Shown: positions 45,618 to 58,729, counted from the first letter of the whole stretch. The stretch is DNA of 58,841 bases, filler included, from Sphacelaria rigidula (GCA_964200075.2; 7 parts of 7 records of this genome joined end to end with filler, not necessarily neighbours in it); one strand, 5' to 3'. Notes: a model not told the origin generated them from the sequence alone. Made by a program: numbers and translations.

Positions 45618-47418
45618 CGCTCGGGATTAAGTTCAATCGGGTGATCGACGGTGTGGCATTGCCTGCCTCGCTGCAGCTCTTGAGGTTTCGGCAGGAGTTT
45701 GACCCGCCGATCGAGCGGGTTGCATGGCCTGCCCCTCTGCGGGAGTCGTCGGTCGGGCGGGAGTTCCAATAACCGATCGGGTGTGTGACATGGTCCGCCT
45801 CACTGCAGCAGTTTACATTCTGTCAGGGGGAAGAACTGATGGAGGCAGGGGATACCGTGCTATTGTATGTGTCGTTCGGGCGATTCTTTCACAGGCCAAT
45901 CGAGGATATGGGTGTCAAGAAATGATATATGTCTATTCATTTAGTAGTCAACGTTCAAGAGCATTAAGGCGTTGTCACAGTTGCAGCCTGTCATGCGGAC
46001 TGTTAGACACGGAATAGTCGGTGTGATTGGTTACGGTTCAACTTGTTGTAACCGTCAGAGTGATGGTACTGTAGATCTGTAGATGGTCACCTCCTTGTTT
46101 ACTCTTCTCTCCACGTTCCCGGGAACCATCAATACAAGCTCCGTACTTTGTGTTTACATCCTTCTCCCGATCAGCTTAGCAGCTGTAGCGCCTGCCCTTG
46201 GGTCACGTTCAGGGTTCTACACACAGTTTAATTCTAAAACCGACCGCCCAGAATTTGGAAACCTGTGAAGGCTTATCTGGGCCAGGGATAGGGTCCCCAC
46301 ACGATCTTTACAGTGGCATCATACTCGCTAACAACCCCAGCACCGGTCGTTCGGGTCTGGTCGATAAATTTCGCCTCGCCTTGATTGGGCAGGTCGCTCG
46401 AAGACTTGTTTTTTATTATTTCACGAACACAGGGTCAACCCTGTGTTAGTGGGGGGTCGGTCCCAGAAGGGTAAATCCATCTTATTTTCCAGGTGCAAAT
46501 TTTGCCGATTCAACAGATCTCCTACCCTCGCGGCTAAAGAGATCAATCGGGACTGATTCGGGACACTGAAGAAGTTGATGTGTGCTGAAGGATTTGGTGT
46601 TTCACGATTTGCCCAGCTCGTATGACTTGCAAATGGCTTTGATCGGCCCAAACGTTGCACCGCTGCGATCGAGAGAGAGCTGCGATGATCAATCATTGTG
46701 AAGATACAGCAGTTCGTGCTGGCTCAGTTTGTGTGCCCCAAACTGCCGGCACCCGCCCTCGCGTGTCTTCCTCAAACACAGCACCCGACTACGACTCAAG
46801 GAAATACCAAGGAAGACACGCGAACGACTGCACAGCCATCACGTGAGTGATTTTTTTACCTTTGTGTTGGCAACACTTCCCACCCCACCTCTGTACATAC
46901 CAGAATACAGCAGTAGTAGAGCAGCTCAGTCAGGCATTCTCCAGCGCAGATAAATCGTGTCCGTGGAGTTCAAACGCACCACACTACAGCGACGACTGCG
47001 GCATAAAAATGATGGGTGTGGGCAGCGAGCGCCATGTTCATTTACGAGAGACGGAGCAGGCAAAACTCTTCGGCGGGGCATTAAAGGTCGGGTGCCAATT
47101 TTGAACGCCTGGCCAACATCGCGCTTCGCGCAAACATATTTTTATCCACATGTTTTCACCTCGATCGGTGGAAGGTGGGGCCTTTTGTGCATGAAACAGG
47201 CGGTCATGTGGGCCCTGCTACCTGCTACTGTACTTAGTTGTACTAAGAAAACATCCCCGAGAATAGTGCTGCTGTTGCCCAAAATTCAAATTTCAAAATC
47301 CAATGCAGTAACAGCAGACAGAATCCCAACCTACACACATGTCCAAGTGTTCACGATAATGCATTCACAAGCCAAGTTAAACCCAGTAATGACAAACACA
47401 ACGCACACAAAGATACAC

Positions 47419-47564
47419 CTTCTGAGGATCTCTTGCATGTTTTCCCATCGCCCGGTGCCTTTGACGAGGTCGGCCACGTCGATCAGAATGGGTCCGGTGT
47501 CCGCCACGGCGGAGGGTCTGTTACTCTTGTCTCGCTGCCGCTCGTGCTCGAACCACGCAGCCAT
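47419..47564 (-). CDS. Probable first exon of an unidentified gene
   Basis: ATG at 47564, MAAWFEHERQRDKSNRPSAVADTGPILIDVADLVKGTGRWENMQEILR, GC-rich coding-like composition, donor AG|gtgtat. Downstream exons not identified. Confidence 0.5.
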
Positions 47565-48349
47565 GATATCAGAGAATTTGAAGTAACTGTCCGATAAACG
47601 AGAGACTTATGCACGATAGACAGCCGACGCCTACTACATATTTATATAGACCTCTGCCTACTATCTGTTTGCAATGTACCTCCCGTTACTTGTACCGATG
47701 CAGATGGCTGAGGGCGGATCGGGCAACGCGGGTCATGAAATGTTATTTTCCATCATTTAACTGCCCATAGCCATAATTTCATTTTTTGTTTTGTCATAAA
47801 CATTTTACCACGGCCAAATGGTATGATATACAAACCAGTTTGTCTGGTTTGTATGCCATACTCTTTGGCAACGATCATGTGTGAAAATAAACATACATGT
47901 GCGGTCGCGCAAGCGGAATCTATCATGCCGTGGTTGACCAGAAGCGGCTTGCAGTAATAAATACTGTAAGTGATCTGGAAAAAGTGATGAATTGATTGCA
48001 GATCGGCCAGCTGGTGACTAATCGTAGAAGTCGGAGGAGCAATGACAGCATCATAGTATTTTTACCCAACAGACTGCTTGCTATTCTCATCTCCCAGCTT
48101 TACGGATGTATCACGCACGCCCGGTGAACCTTCGTAGAGTGCAAGATAAAGCCGATCGAACACATTATTTTTTGTACCCACAGGCCGCCGATCCTGGATC
48201 ATTTTTGTTGAGCCGAAGATCATGGATAACGACACATGGTATACAATTATACGATAAGAGTACAACGTAAGTATGTCGCGCGCAGTGTTAATTATCAGTG
48301 ACAGCAATGGTTGCATCGTGTGCTAGGTCGTCCTTACTTCTCAAGGAAC

Positions 48350-49038
48350 ATGAAGAGATCATGTCGCACCCGCCGTTCCTCCTTCAGCATGACCGCGGCT
48401 GCCGCGGCTGCGGCTTCGGCGGCGATCGTTGCCAACAATATAAGTGGCGGCGGTGGGCGGGGAGGTGGTATTGATTTCGCCCAGGCCTTCTGCACAAGCG
48501 ACCCCGGCACGTCCATCCACCGCCATCGACACCAACAACCACGACAGCACCAACACCAACGCCGACCAGCATGCAGTCGAGTACTGCCGCTAACGACACC
48601 GACACACGATGCGCATGGCTCCACCACGAGACGGCGCTGTCGCGGCAGTAGCAAGGACAGGTTGCTGATGGGCTACAATGGTAGCGGCCAGGGGGGGGTG
48701 ACGAGCAGAGGGAGCAGTGGTGTACGGTCGTGGGGAGAGGGTGGAGTAGCAACGATGCACCTCACCCGGCCACGTGCAGTGGCCCCGTTGGGTGCTGGGG
48801 CCGACCAGGATATCAGGGCTCACGTGACGGCGACTGGCGGTAGCAGTAGCGGCGGCGGCGGATTAAATGGGGCATCCTCGGCTAGAGTGGAGGCACAGGG
48901 TGTGGAGGGTGAGCAGGCGGCGGTGATCAGCTCCGGGCAGCGGCTGCGGCGGACAGGGCGGACGCCATTTCGTCGCATTACGGATGAGACGCTTGACCTT
49001 ATTCGGGATTCTACCAGCATCACCGAAGTCATCAGCCA
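48350..49038 (+). CDS. dnaG: First exon of a DnaG-type DNA primase with long, probably plastid-targeting leader
   Basis: Exon ends RRITDETLDLIRDSTSITEVISQ|gtgagt, matching the DnaG zinc-binding-domain N-terminus (RIxxExIxxIxxxxDIVEVIxxY). The leader has an Ala-rich stretch then FAQA-F, like the heterokont ASAFAP motif. The CHC2 exon is not in this scaffold. Confidence 0.7.
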
Positions 49039-49821
49039 GTGAGTGCTTGTTGAGATATTGTGAGTAAGGTCGGCTGCGTGTGCGTGTGCAGCAAGCAGCG
49101 AGGGTCCTCTTTGCTGCACGATACTCTAGGCACGAGTTTGGGTCGAGAGCGTGGTGCTATGCAACCAAAGTACATCCACACCTTGACCTCAAAATACTCC
49201 ACAGGTACTCCTGTGGTAAAGTTCAACCTGCTTGCTCACTTGTCTTGGTGTATTCTATGAGGAGGGATGTGGCAAGCCCCGCAGCTCGAGCTATTGCTGA
49301 TGTACCGCTCGAATCCCAGACGTCTTATTCGGAGTCGCATCCCTCGTGTAGGATTGCAATTTTCAAGTGAGACTGGTAAAGATAATGTCCGACTCTACTC
49401 ATGCATCTCGCTGACGGAGTATAACACCCCCTGACAGGAAACTAGGTGACTAAGATAGTGAAACAAACCAGGGTATAGATCACAGCCTCGTGGAGGGCGA
49501 TAACGAAACCAAGCTAAATTTTGTGCAAGAAGTTGACCCCCGCGTGTGCAGAACTGCCAACGCGCTGTGCACTGCACTTTTGCCCCCATCTTTTCGTGTG
49601 GAGTAAAGATTGTTTCGGCAACGTGGAGTGTAACTGACACCCCCCGTGCCTCATAGTTAACTCGCTTGTGACTGACTGATGAGTACTGTATTCACAACAC
49701 CATATGCCCTCGCAGAAGCATAGGCACGATACAACAGCGCAAGGCTTGGCAGCAGCACCAGAAGATATAATAGTCACACCCGTGGCCAACAATATTACTG
49801 TGGCAAAAATCAAATGTAGAT

Positions 49822-49902
49822 TCCGCCGCACCCCAGGGGTCCGACAGCTGACACCATTACGCGTGGATCGGAGAAATGTGGGTTCGAATCCCGGCAGGTG
49901 CA
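49822..49902 (+). repeat. B-box-containing, SINE-like or tRNA-like sequence
   Basis: ggttcgaatccc at 49881-49892 with a T-arm-like context; no complete cloverleaf. Confidence 0.35.
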
Positions 49903-50521
49903 TTAAGTGTTTTGTTTTATTTTCCTGAGAAGTATCTGGTTTTCGTTATTGAAAACGTGAAGACGTTAGTTATATTAGTGGCACAAAACGTGTATTTGAC
50001 AGGAGTCGACGCGGTGCGGCAGTTCGGATCTGACCCATAGCAACAAAATGTGAGGCGTGTAAGGCCGTGTCGAAAACTTGCGATGGAATCGAATTTGCTC
50101 GTATCTGATACGTTCCTGTCATTTATTTTTTCAGATGGTTGAGGACAAGAATGCTGTGGTTGATCAAATACGAGAAAATTTGATTCCACCGCACGTTTTC
50201 GAGTCGAAAATAGTTTGATGAGACACCGTCCAAGACGAGTTTCTATTGAGGCAAATCCCCAGTCTGCAGAGTCCCCAATATTTGCAAAATCGGGGTGCCT
50301 TAATTTTGCATAAATCAGATTTGGCGGGGAGGGGCGTACTCAGATTTGGGTATACTCATGATCATGCATGCCATAGTCATATGATCATTGACCTCGCATC
50401 CCTACAATGCCGGCACGGAGCNNNNNNNNNNNNNNNNNNNNNNNNNNNNNNNNNNNNNNNNNNNNTTAATTAATTAANNNNNNNNNNNNNNNNNNNNNNN
50501 NNNNNNNNNNNNNNNNNNNNN

Positions 50522-51477
50522 CAGAAGTGGCGATACGGCTTGTAGCCGTGAGTGGAGTGCAGCCGTGTGGTCTTCCGTGCTTGATTTCGGACTGCTACCC
50601 GCTTCTCATGTGGGCGAAGTTGCTGCAAACGAGCCCAAAAGTGGGATCGCAGCCGGTTTGTTGGATGGTACCGGTGCACTTTTTGTGGGGGGGCTATCTC
50701 GGCATTAGTCTACGGTGTGTTCTGGGCGGGAAAGTCGGATGCTGGGGGAAAGTTGGATGCTGCTATTACGGCAGGCATCATGTGTATGCTACTAGTTGCT
50801 TATTTGATCTTCTCCAATTCTTCTTTAACTTTCCTCATCTGTTCTTGCAGTCTCTCCACAGCTGGCCGCATCATCTGTTCGGGATTCTGCTCCTTGATTA
50901 GCCCTACTCTTTCCTCAGCCCTTTCTTGACCATCTACTGTGAAAGCTTCTCTCTTCACTGTTCGACTGAATCAAATATCTAGCCTTGCTCTCTCCTGTTA
51001 CTGCAGCCTCAAATCTCTGGCTACTCTGACTCAAACTTTCCTTAGACTCAAATTCTCGTCAGACGCAAACTCGCTAGCGTCAGGAGCCGCGCTATTGCGG
51101 GGGTAATCGTCCACACTTCTCGAGCGTGCGTGAACGGAGGGCTTGATGCCCTGGTTAGGACCAAAGAATAATTGCAAAACGTTTTGTTCTAACTCTTGTC
51201 AAGCCCTCTCTCACACACTCAAATATATCCTTACCAATCTTTCGCTCTCACACAATCACACTTACTTCCAATCCCCCTGTCACTCATTCATTCACACTCA
51301 CTCACCACCCACTCTCATGCAAACCCCAGAGCAAGGCAGGATGGCAGAGGCATCCAATCAGAATGAGCGTGTTGGGTACACAAGGCTGCTTTTGCTCCAT
51401 CATATTGTACTTGCATAACCTACGTCATTAGACACTTTCCTTCTGATTAGCTACCACAATCCCCCGTAGTTTCAACA
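50522..51477 (-). mobile_element. Probable 5' end of a second LTR element (LTR ~51173-51477 plus decayed gag-like region)
   Basis: Minus strand starts TGTTG at 51477 and ends TTGCA at 51173, with PBS-like TGGTCC at 51163. Then stop-interrupted coiled-coil-like coding (AVERLQEQMRKVKEELEKIK*). 50601-50711 recurs inverted at 58730-58841. Confidence 0.45.
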
Positions 51478-51969
51478 TGGTTGATGCTACATTTACTGCA
51501 CCATATTTCATATCACTCTCGTTCATGACTGAGGGTGAGCATATTCAATCAGCTTATGTCCAAGTCCAGCGAGTGGAATACCTGTCTGCGCTCGTCCTAT
51601 ATGCCCTCTATGGACACCACAACACTCATAATGCACCCACACATTCCGCAGCCATCATTCAAGCCGTCGCACGGTGCGAACGGCCCCGTGGCGAGCGCGA
51701 ATCGCGCCCGCTACAAACATTACCAAGAAATACCTCTGCACCCAACTAGGCTTGGATCAGCAATTTACAGTACCTGTCCGCGCTTGTCCCATTTATGCCT
51801 CGTATACACAAAAGCAAAACCCCGAAATACACTAACACAGCCCTCGGCCATCGTTCAAGCCATCGCACGATGCAAGTGATAGTTCAAGCGACCTGATAGT
51901 TGGCAGCAAACGTTGTTAACCCCTGACCTGTATCTCTTGTTCAACGGGCGGTGTTGTATAGTATCTCCT

Positions 51970-53470
51970 ACCCAATACGGCACTGTTTCCCTTCAGAAAT
52001 AGCGCAAATCCGCCTCTCTTTTCCATGTAGCACATATGATACCTTTTCAATGCGTCTGCTACATCACCGCTATTGTACCTCCTCGACCTTGGACTGGTTG
52101 ATGGCTCGAGTTGCGATCCATCACCACACCTTTGAGAGGTCCGTCAGCATCCTCCACCATCATATGATACGGCGGTGTTTTGACCGCATATTTTGTCAGC
52201 AGGTACTGACTGAGTCGCATCGGCAATTGTTCGGGCATGTTAGTGGTGTCGTGGGGGACAAACACGGTTTGCACCTTCGCATCGAAGCGTGGATTTCCGG
52301 TTCGGCGCCAGGTTCATCCGTGGGAAAATCGGAATACACGAGCTTCGCGCCCATCGGAATTTTGTCTGATACGGTACCGCTTGGTCCAACCACCAAAATC
52401 TTCCAAGGATCAGTCCAATTCAAGGAAAGCGTCGATTTTATCACCTTGTCCAACGAAGATTTCTTTGAACTCGCTTATTGATAAAAATGGTCTTAACATC
52501 GTTGTACACCCACGCCCATTGACCGACCTTCCACACCGGGCGATTGTGCGCAATATGATCCAACACCGTGTTCGCCGTGGCGACCTTTGCCGTTTTGATT
52601 TGGTTTTACTCTCGAGCCCTTTCTTATACAAGACGCAGGCAGACGGTTAATAACAGACATATGATACTCCGCGGTATCTCGATCCAAACCCTGGTGGCCA
52701 CCGGTAGGTTTGCGGTCAAACACCGCCAGTGACAATCTCGGCATACGACCAATATGTACTTCATCAGGAGCCAATCTCGTAGCGGCATTAACTGAGTTGA
52801 TATAGTTAATCTAAAGGAGGGGGAAATGTACCTTCCAGTTCGGTTGTCGTTTCTTTTTCACATTTGCAAGCATTTGCACCATCGTATGATTCACGCGTTC
52901 AGTTTCACCGTTAATGGACGGGCGACATGAACTGTAGAAAATGCGGTGTGAGCACCCAGGAGGTTACTCCTCACGGCAGAACGTTTGCCGGAGAAATGTG
53001 GACCGTTGTCGGACAACAATCGTTGAGGTACACCCCATTGTAGAGTATATGTGTACACACGGACGTTGGCGATACCTTCTGCGCTGTGCTTAACTTCCGA
53101 AACAGCATGCATGGCCGCGTGTCGACTAAACCGATCCGTAAGCAACAAAATATACTTGTTACAACTATCAGTGAGAGGTAACGGACCAAACTAGCATCCT
53201 GAGACTAATTCTGCACGTTCGTCGGGGAGTGGCGTGGAGATTACCGGCCATCGAACTGTTTGGCGTGAAATTTTACGCGCTTGGCACGGAAGACAACGCC
53301 GTACCCACCAATGTACACCCTAATCCATGAACATCCAAGAAAGAAACGCTCCAGTATCTGGGAGGTCCTAACGGCTCCTAGATGTGTGGGTGCTTGCGAA
53401 CGACTTTCATGCGGAACCCATAGGCGGGCGCAGAAGCATGGGAACATAAATTTGTATGGGTTCATCACCT
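51970..53470 (-). pseudogene. Gypsy integrase with GPY/F module and chromodomain-like tail
   Basis: WVRRCLPCQARK (zinc finger), GPLPLT..NKYILLLTDRFSR, WGVPQRLLSDNGPHF, NWTDPWKI (GPY/F), GRGGTIAVM...ATWKKEADL. Confidence 0.88.
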
Positions 53471-53877
53471 AACAAGCGGGCATGTCGACTTGTGGGTTTC
53501 CCCACACGAAGGGTCGCTGTGGGCCGGCGAACTGAAAGCACGACGCCATCATCATCCGTGTAAAGCATGTTTCCCCGCGATAGTTCTGTAACTTCATCCT
53601 GTGTGGGGGCTTTGTGGTTCCCAGCAGGCAAGAGGAATTCAGTCCCTAAAAACGGAGACGGGCATAGTCGCTCGACAAGCGGGTTTAGCTTGTAATTCCC
53701 TGGCCCAATCGGTGTGGGCGAAAAAGGTCAAACGTTCATTAAATGCACTGTCTGACGGGTTGTCCAAAACGCACGAGTCCCGAGTCACGGCTGTGATCAC
53801 ACGAAGCGTCGTATTTGGATTAGGGGCGAGGCGATTAGTTAGTGCTCTCTAAAGCGGAACAGTGTCCTCGGCTTCTA

Positions 53878-54428
53878 CAGTAGTGGGCGGTTTAACTGTT
53901 CATTTTGTGGCATTTTGTGATTTTTTCGTAAATGACGATTTTCTTCGGCATTTTTCAGTCGCCACCACTTATCACATCGGGAATCTAAGGATATTTGTAT
54001 CCGCTCCACATTCCAGGAAGAAAAAATCATATGTACTCAATATTGATTGACTCACGGGTTGACCGGTCATCGGGGGTCCTGCAACAGTTCAGCCCAGGTT
54101 CTTACTCTTCTGTACTTTCGGTCAATTGAGCCTGTCCCGATCATATTTGTAAAGAAATGTACAGTTTTATTTTTTAAAAATTCTGCCTACTCAGTGCACT
54201 AGGGTTGAAAAACTGTGTTTCACGGTCACTAACACCCTCCTGATAAACGGGGCATTTACTCGTTTCGCCCGATAACATCAACTAACACTGACTTGGGCAC
54301 TGTGTTTCAAAGATGATCTGTTCTGTTGTACCAAAATCTACCGACGCTAGCAATTTCGAGTTCTATCGAAGAGTAGTACCCGAGGCAAACCCCTAAACAC
54401 CCCTAAACAGTTAGACCGCCCACTACTG
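53878..54428. mobile_element. Tc1/mariner-type MITE (551 bp) inserted in Gypsy pol
   Basis: 23-bp TIRs CAGTAGTGGGCGGT[T/C]TAACTGTT with one mismatch, TA on both sides (53876-77, 54429-30), AT-rich interior. Confidence 0.93.
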
Positions 54429-54999
54429 TACGTCGACTACCTTATCGGATGGTGTGGTATCGATGTTAACACCATCACCGGAAAAGGGGGGTGTAGCCGA
54501 GGCGTATGGTATGGGGGGCATTGGTGCCGTGGTCGGGGTCGATTTTGTGAGAGCCATGCGCCGCGGAGGTTGGGTGGCGCAAAGAAGTTATCGGGCACCG
54601 GGATGGTGGTCGGTCGGGGGAAGGTCCGGACCATAGGCTGGTAGGGTGGCGACCGTCTCGGCGCGCCGTCTTCTACTCGATATTAAATCTTGAACTTGAA
54701 CCGGAAGGACAAAGTCAGTACAGGACGGTTCTACATCTGACGCAAAAACCATGCGATGGCCAGTTGCACGAAATTGAAATCACCCAGTGTCGTTTGCGTT
54801 ACTTTCACTTCAGACTGAAGATACAACGATCGAGGTTGCATACTGCCCAAGACAGAAGCGTGTGCTGTAGTCGTCAGCCCACCAATGCTAGATGCCGATT
54901 TGTGGCTCAGGGAGAGTGGTGTGTAGAGTCCCCAGTTATCGTTTTTGCTAATGAAGTATACGTCTTCGGTGGGATCCGTAATGCGTCCCAAGGCAGACT

Positions 55000-55450
55000 C
55001 ATTGATGGGTTAAGCCGGTAGGGACATTCCCGACAACAAGTCGGCGTTTACGCTTCAGGGTCCTGTTCGGTGTTTCAACACAAAGTTGGGAGAGAACAGG
55101 ATTCCGAACCAGCATTAAACCTGTGCGTTTTGTGCCAGAGTTTTGGCGAGGTTTTCGAAAGACTTGTGATCTGTATAAATCACAAAGGGGATGCCATACA
55201 AGTACTGACAGAGTCGTTGTACACCCCAAACAACTGCGCCGGCCTCCTGCTCCATGACCGACCAATTCTATTCGTTTGGGGAGGTGGCTCGATTCAAATA
55301 TACAGCTGGGCGAACACTAGCATCTCCCTGCTCCTGTTGTAACGTGCAGCCAAACCCAATTATGGAGAAATCCGTGTGGAGTCGGAATGGATGTCAGCCA
55401 TTTTCAGCGACTGACCAGTCTGGGAAAACCAGAATCGGTGGCCACGAAAG
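55000..55450 (-). pseudogene. Gypsy RNase H
   Basis: PILVFPDW...PFRLHTDFSIIGFGCTLQQ...NWSVMEQEAGAVVWGV...YLYGIPFVIYTDHKS...NADLLS, with internal stops. Confidence 0.9.
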
Positions 55451-55599
55451 TGTGTCAAGTAATCGCGGTACAGTTTATTCCACCTCCAACGTAAACACGA
55501 ATTCCGCCCTTTCTTGAGAAGGGTTGTGAGGGTTTGAGAGTTTGGGCTAGGTTCGACAATTACTGACGGTAGTAGCTCAAACCGCCAGGAAAGGAGCGC

Positions 55600-56300
55600 A
55601 GTTGAGAAACATCCCGTGGCATGGGCTTACCGGCATGTGCCGCAACCTTGTTCAGGTTTGAGCTACGACCTTCAGGGGTGATGCAGTGGCCTATTATAGG
55701 ATCTCGATGCGAGTGGCGCCAATGCAGGATTTGGACGGAGCGGGTTTCAAGTTGTGTTGTACAAATCGAGCGAAGAACGATGCCAAGTGTTCAACGTGTT
55801 TCGAAGGTGTACTACCGTGGTATACCGCATCGTCGAGGCACATATCAGACTTCGACAATCCATCAGTCACATGAAACACCACATGTTAAAACACCCCGGG
55901 TGCACCGGCGGCACCTTGTGGTCTTACCAGCCATTTATTCGAGCCTGGCGGTGCACAAGACGCCGTCAGTTCTATAGATTGCGGATCCATCGCGAGCTGA
56001 TGATATCTGGATTGCACGTCAAACGTCGAAAATATTCTTACCCCGCCAAGAGAGTCGATGCCTTCATCTATCCGGGGAAGAGGCAGGCCTGCGACTTTGG
56101 CGACTGCGGTCAATCGTTGGTAATTGGCCGTCAAGCTGATCTTACCATTCTTCTTCTGAACGACAACTAGAGACGAGGACCATGGAGACGTCGATTGCCT
56201 CATTAAACCAGCGGATATGTGTCCGTCAAGGATTACCTGTTATTTTTCCGCCAAGAGGGGGTTTGTACGGTACGGACGCTTAGCGATCGGTGGAGTGCTT
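55600..56300 (-). pseudogene. Gypsy reverse transcriptase
   Basis: PIAKRPYR, STSPWSSSLVVVQKKNG, PLPRIDEGIDSLGG.RIFSTFD...YHQL, PQGAAGAPGVF*, and catalytic YLDD mutated to CLDD. Confidence 0.93.
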
Positions 56301-58729
56301 TAGGGAATTTTGATAGTGAACTGTGCGGTGATGCAGTGGCCTAAATCTAGAGGTGACGTAGAGAATCGTTCCGAATATCCAATCAAGATAAATCTCAACC
56401 TATCGAGCACCGTGGGTGTTCAACAGTCATCAGATAGATCGAAAGTAATATGTGCCGCGAATGCGGTGAAATATCGTCCCATAAGCGTTGAAAACAAACA
56501 CGTTGCTCTGGCGATAATCTATCTAGTAGTGCAGTCGAGGGATTTGGATGAGGCGCGTCTGACGGTGCGTCCATTACCATGGGATCAATCTTGTGATGCC
56601 TGTCAAAAACGCGAGGGGAAACGGTAGAAATGCAATGCTTCTCCGCTGCCCCAGCGTTGATCATTTGGTGTCAGGAGCTGGTTGTGATGAAGGGTTTAGG
56701 CGAGCCTGAGTCGGGCAATGCAAGGATCATTAAATGGCACATTGCATGCACTCCACTATGTGCACCTGTTTTGGTCGTAAAAGAGGCATAATCCATAACT
56801 GCAGTTCCACTTACGAGATCTGGTCCAAATCCTGGCAATACCTCTGTGGACAACCCATGTCTATGGTTGTGAACGGCGATACTAAAATACACACGCTGGT
56901 GATCCTTCGGGACAAGATTCGGTCCGAAGGTTGTGTTACAGTGGATACCGACTGTATATGTTGTAAGCGTTTCGCAGTACGCGTGTCAAGTGCAGTAGGT
57001 CTTATTCCATTCGCATGTTGGTGTTGTATTCCAAGTTGGGATCTTTCACCTGAGCCCCTCGCCCCTCACAACTTTGCATCACCTAGCAACTTCGGTTCTA
57101 GCTAACCAGTAGCCAAGCCTAATAACAAAGCTATCAGCCATCAACTGGAGACATCTCGCTTGCAAGCAAGTCAAGAGCACTTCCATGCACGTGAAAGTGA
57201 GTCAAGGCTTTATTTACCCTGTGATGCAGTGCTGGTCGGACTCAAAGGTCTTTGTGCCGCGAGCTGCATTCGACTGCAACCGTCCTCTCAAGTCGGCTGA
57301 ATGCAGATTGCAACTCCCGACTGTACTTGTGCTTGGAGAGCGATGCCCGTATCACCTCGTGGCCAAATCACAATATAGTGCCCAATCGAGAAGATAAGCA
57401 GTACTGCATAATCGTATCGCTGTGGGGCTGCACTGCTTCGTGTATTGTCTGCGTACGGTGTATAACAATCGTGCTTTCCGTTTAGCTTGGGGTCCTCCAA
57501 GCACCGATCAGGTATTTTTAGGTGCCATTATTTTACATGCCTGTCGGTTCCTAGAAGTGACTCATCGGCTGGACAGAACGGAGCTGGAACACCTGGCTGT
57601 AGCGTATGCGTGATACCTTCCGTGCCAACACGACAACACAAGTATTTCCTGTGGTTCATCCTTTCACGTGCAGCTGTGCGCGCGCCCGCGCATGGCTAAG
57701 TACCCCACCCACCCCCATGATCACACATACGGTGTGCTGCATAGGGCCTGCTTCCGTGTACAAGAACTGTCTTTTGTTTTCTTCAAATTTTTGAAAATTC
57801 CCGATCGGGAATCTTCCAGTTCTGTGCGCACGTTCTATCGATGTGTTCCATAGTTACAGCGGGCACGCTGTCTACGAAGTGCTTCGTGGGCAGGAGGTAA
57901 GCGCTGTTGATCCACTACTAAAGAGTGAAATGTCCCGAGACGGAAACCGGCGAAAATGCGTGCGCAAAGTACACATAGCCGGCGGTTGTTGGTGGTGTGC
58001 ACCTGGAGGTATCGTGAGACTGTAATCCGTGTACAGACAGTAAATATCACTCGTGTTAGCTCTTGTGTCCCTGGCTGTTACATGTTGCCCAGCGCATGTA
58101 GTGGTACGCTGTTGGCACTGTACTGTGTGTGTGGTGGCAGCGTGCATGCGCTTTCCACAACTTTGTACCATTGAACTCCGAGCGCACGCACAGGACTGCG
58201 CCAGCAATTGTTCGGATCATTCTCAGTCCGAATGAGTTACTGACCAGCATACGGGGCATCGATGCTGGAGTCATTCCGGGGGCGAAATTTGATCTACGCC
58301 CAGCAATGACGAATGACCCCTAGTATGATTTGATTGATATGCGGCATTGTGAAATTTCATTTGCTTGGGTCAAACCGTTTTGGATTCGCCTCCGCTACCC
58401 GTCACAACATGTCGCCACTACACTGGTATCTTCACATCAGCCTACAATCCGACACCATCTCATCTACTCGGCAAGCGGAATCTTCACTTCACGTCATGGG
58501 ACAACGTATCTTCACTTTACTTCACCTCATGAGGCAACCTATCGTCACTTCACTGCGGGGGCATCGTGGCTTCACGTCAGCAAACTTGGGGCAACCAGTG
58601 CCGTTGCTCGGCAGCAGTAGACACATCGATTGTATAAGATACTACGTGCAGGGCTCACGCCTTGATCATTTTGTTTTGTCCACCCTTCCTCTACTGTAGC
58701 GTTGCGTTTCACTCTTTCCTGCACAGTGA

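Larger units (their letters stand above)
51480..58420 (-). mobile_element. Decayed Ty3/Gypsy LTR retrotransposon (chromovirus-like)
   Basis: Domain order RT-RNase H-integrase-chromodomain on the minus strand with many stops and frameshifts; PBS-like TGGCGAC at 58417-58411. Outer boundaries approximate. Confidence 0.92.

Noticed and set aside
49205..49370. Candidate second exon of the DnaG gene
   Set aside because: The phase fits, but it translates YSCGKVQPACSL without the expected CPFH zinc-finger motif.
8322..50521. Regular 8420-nt periodicity, TTAATTAATTAA motifs, and any gene neighbourhood spanning them
   Set aside because: These are artificial linkers joining size-sorted scaffolds; adjacency across them has no biological meaning.
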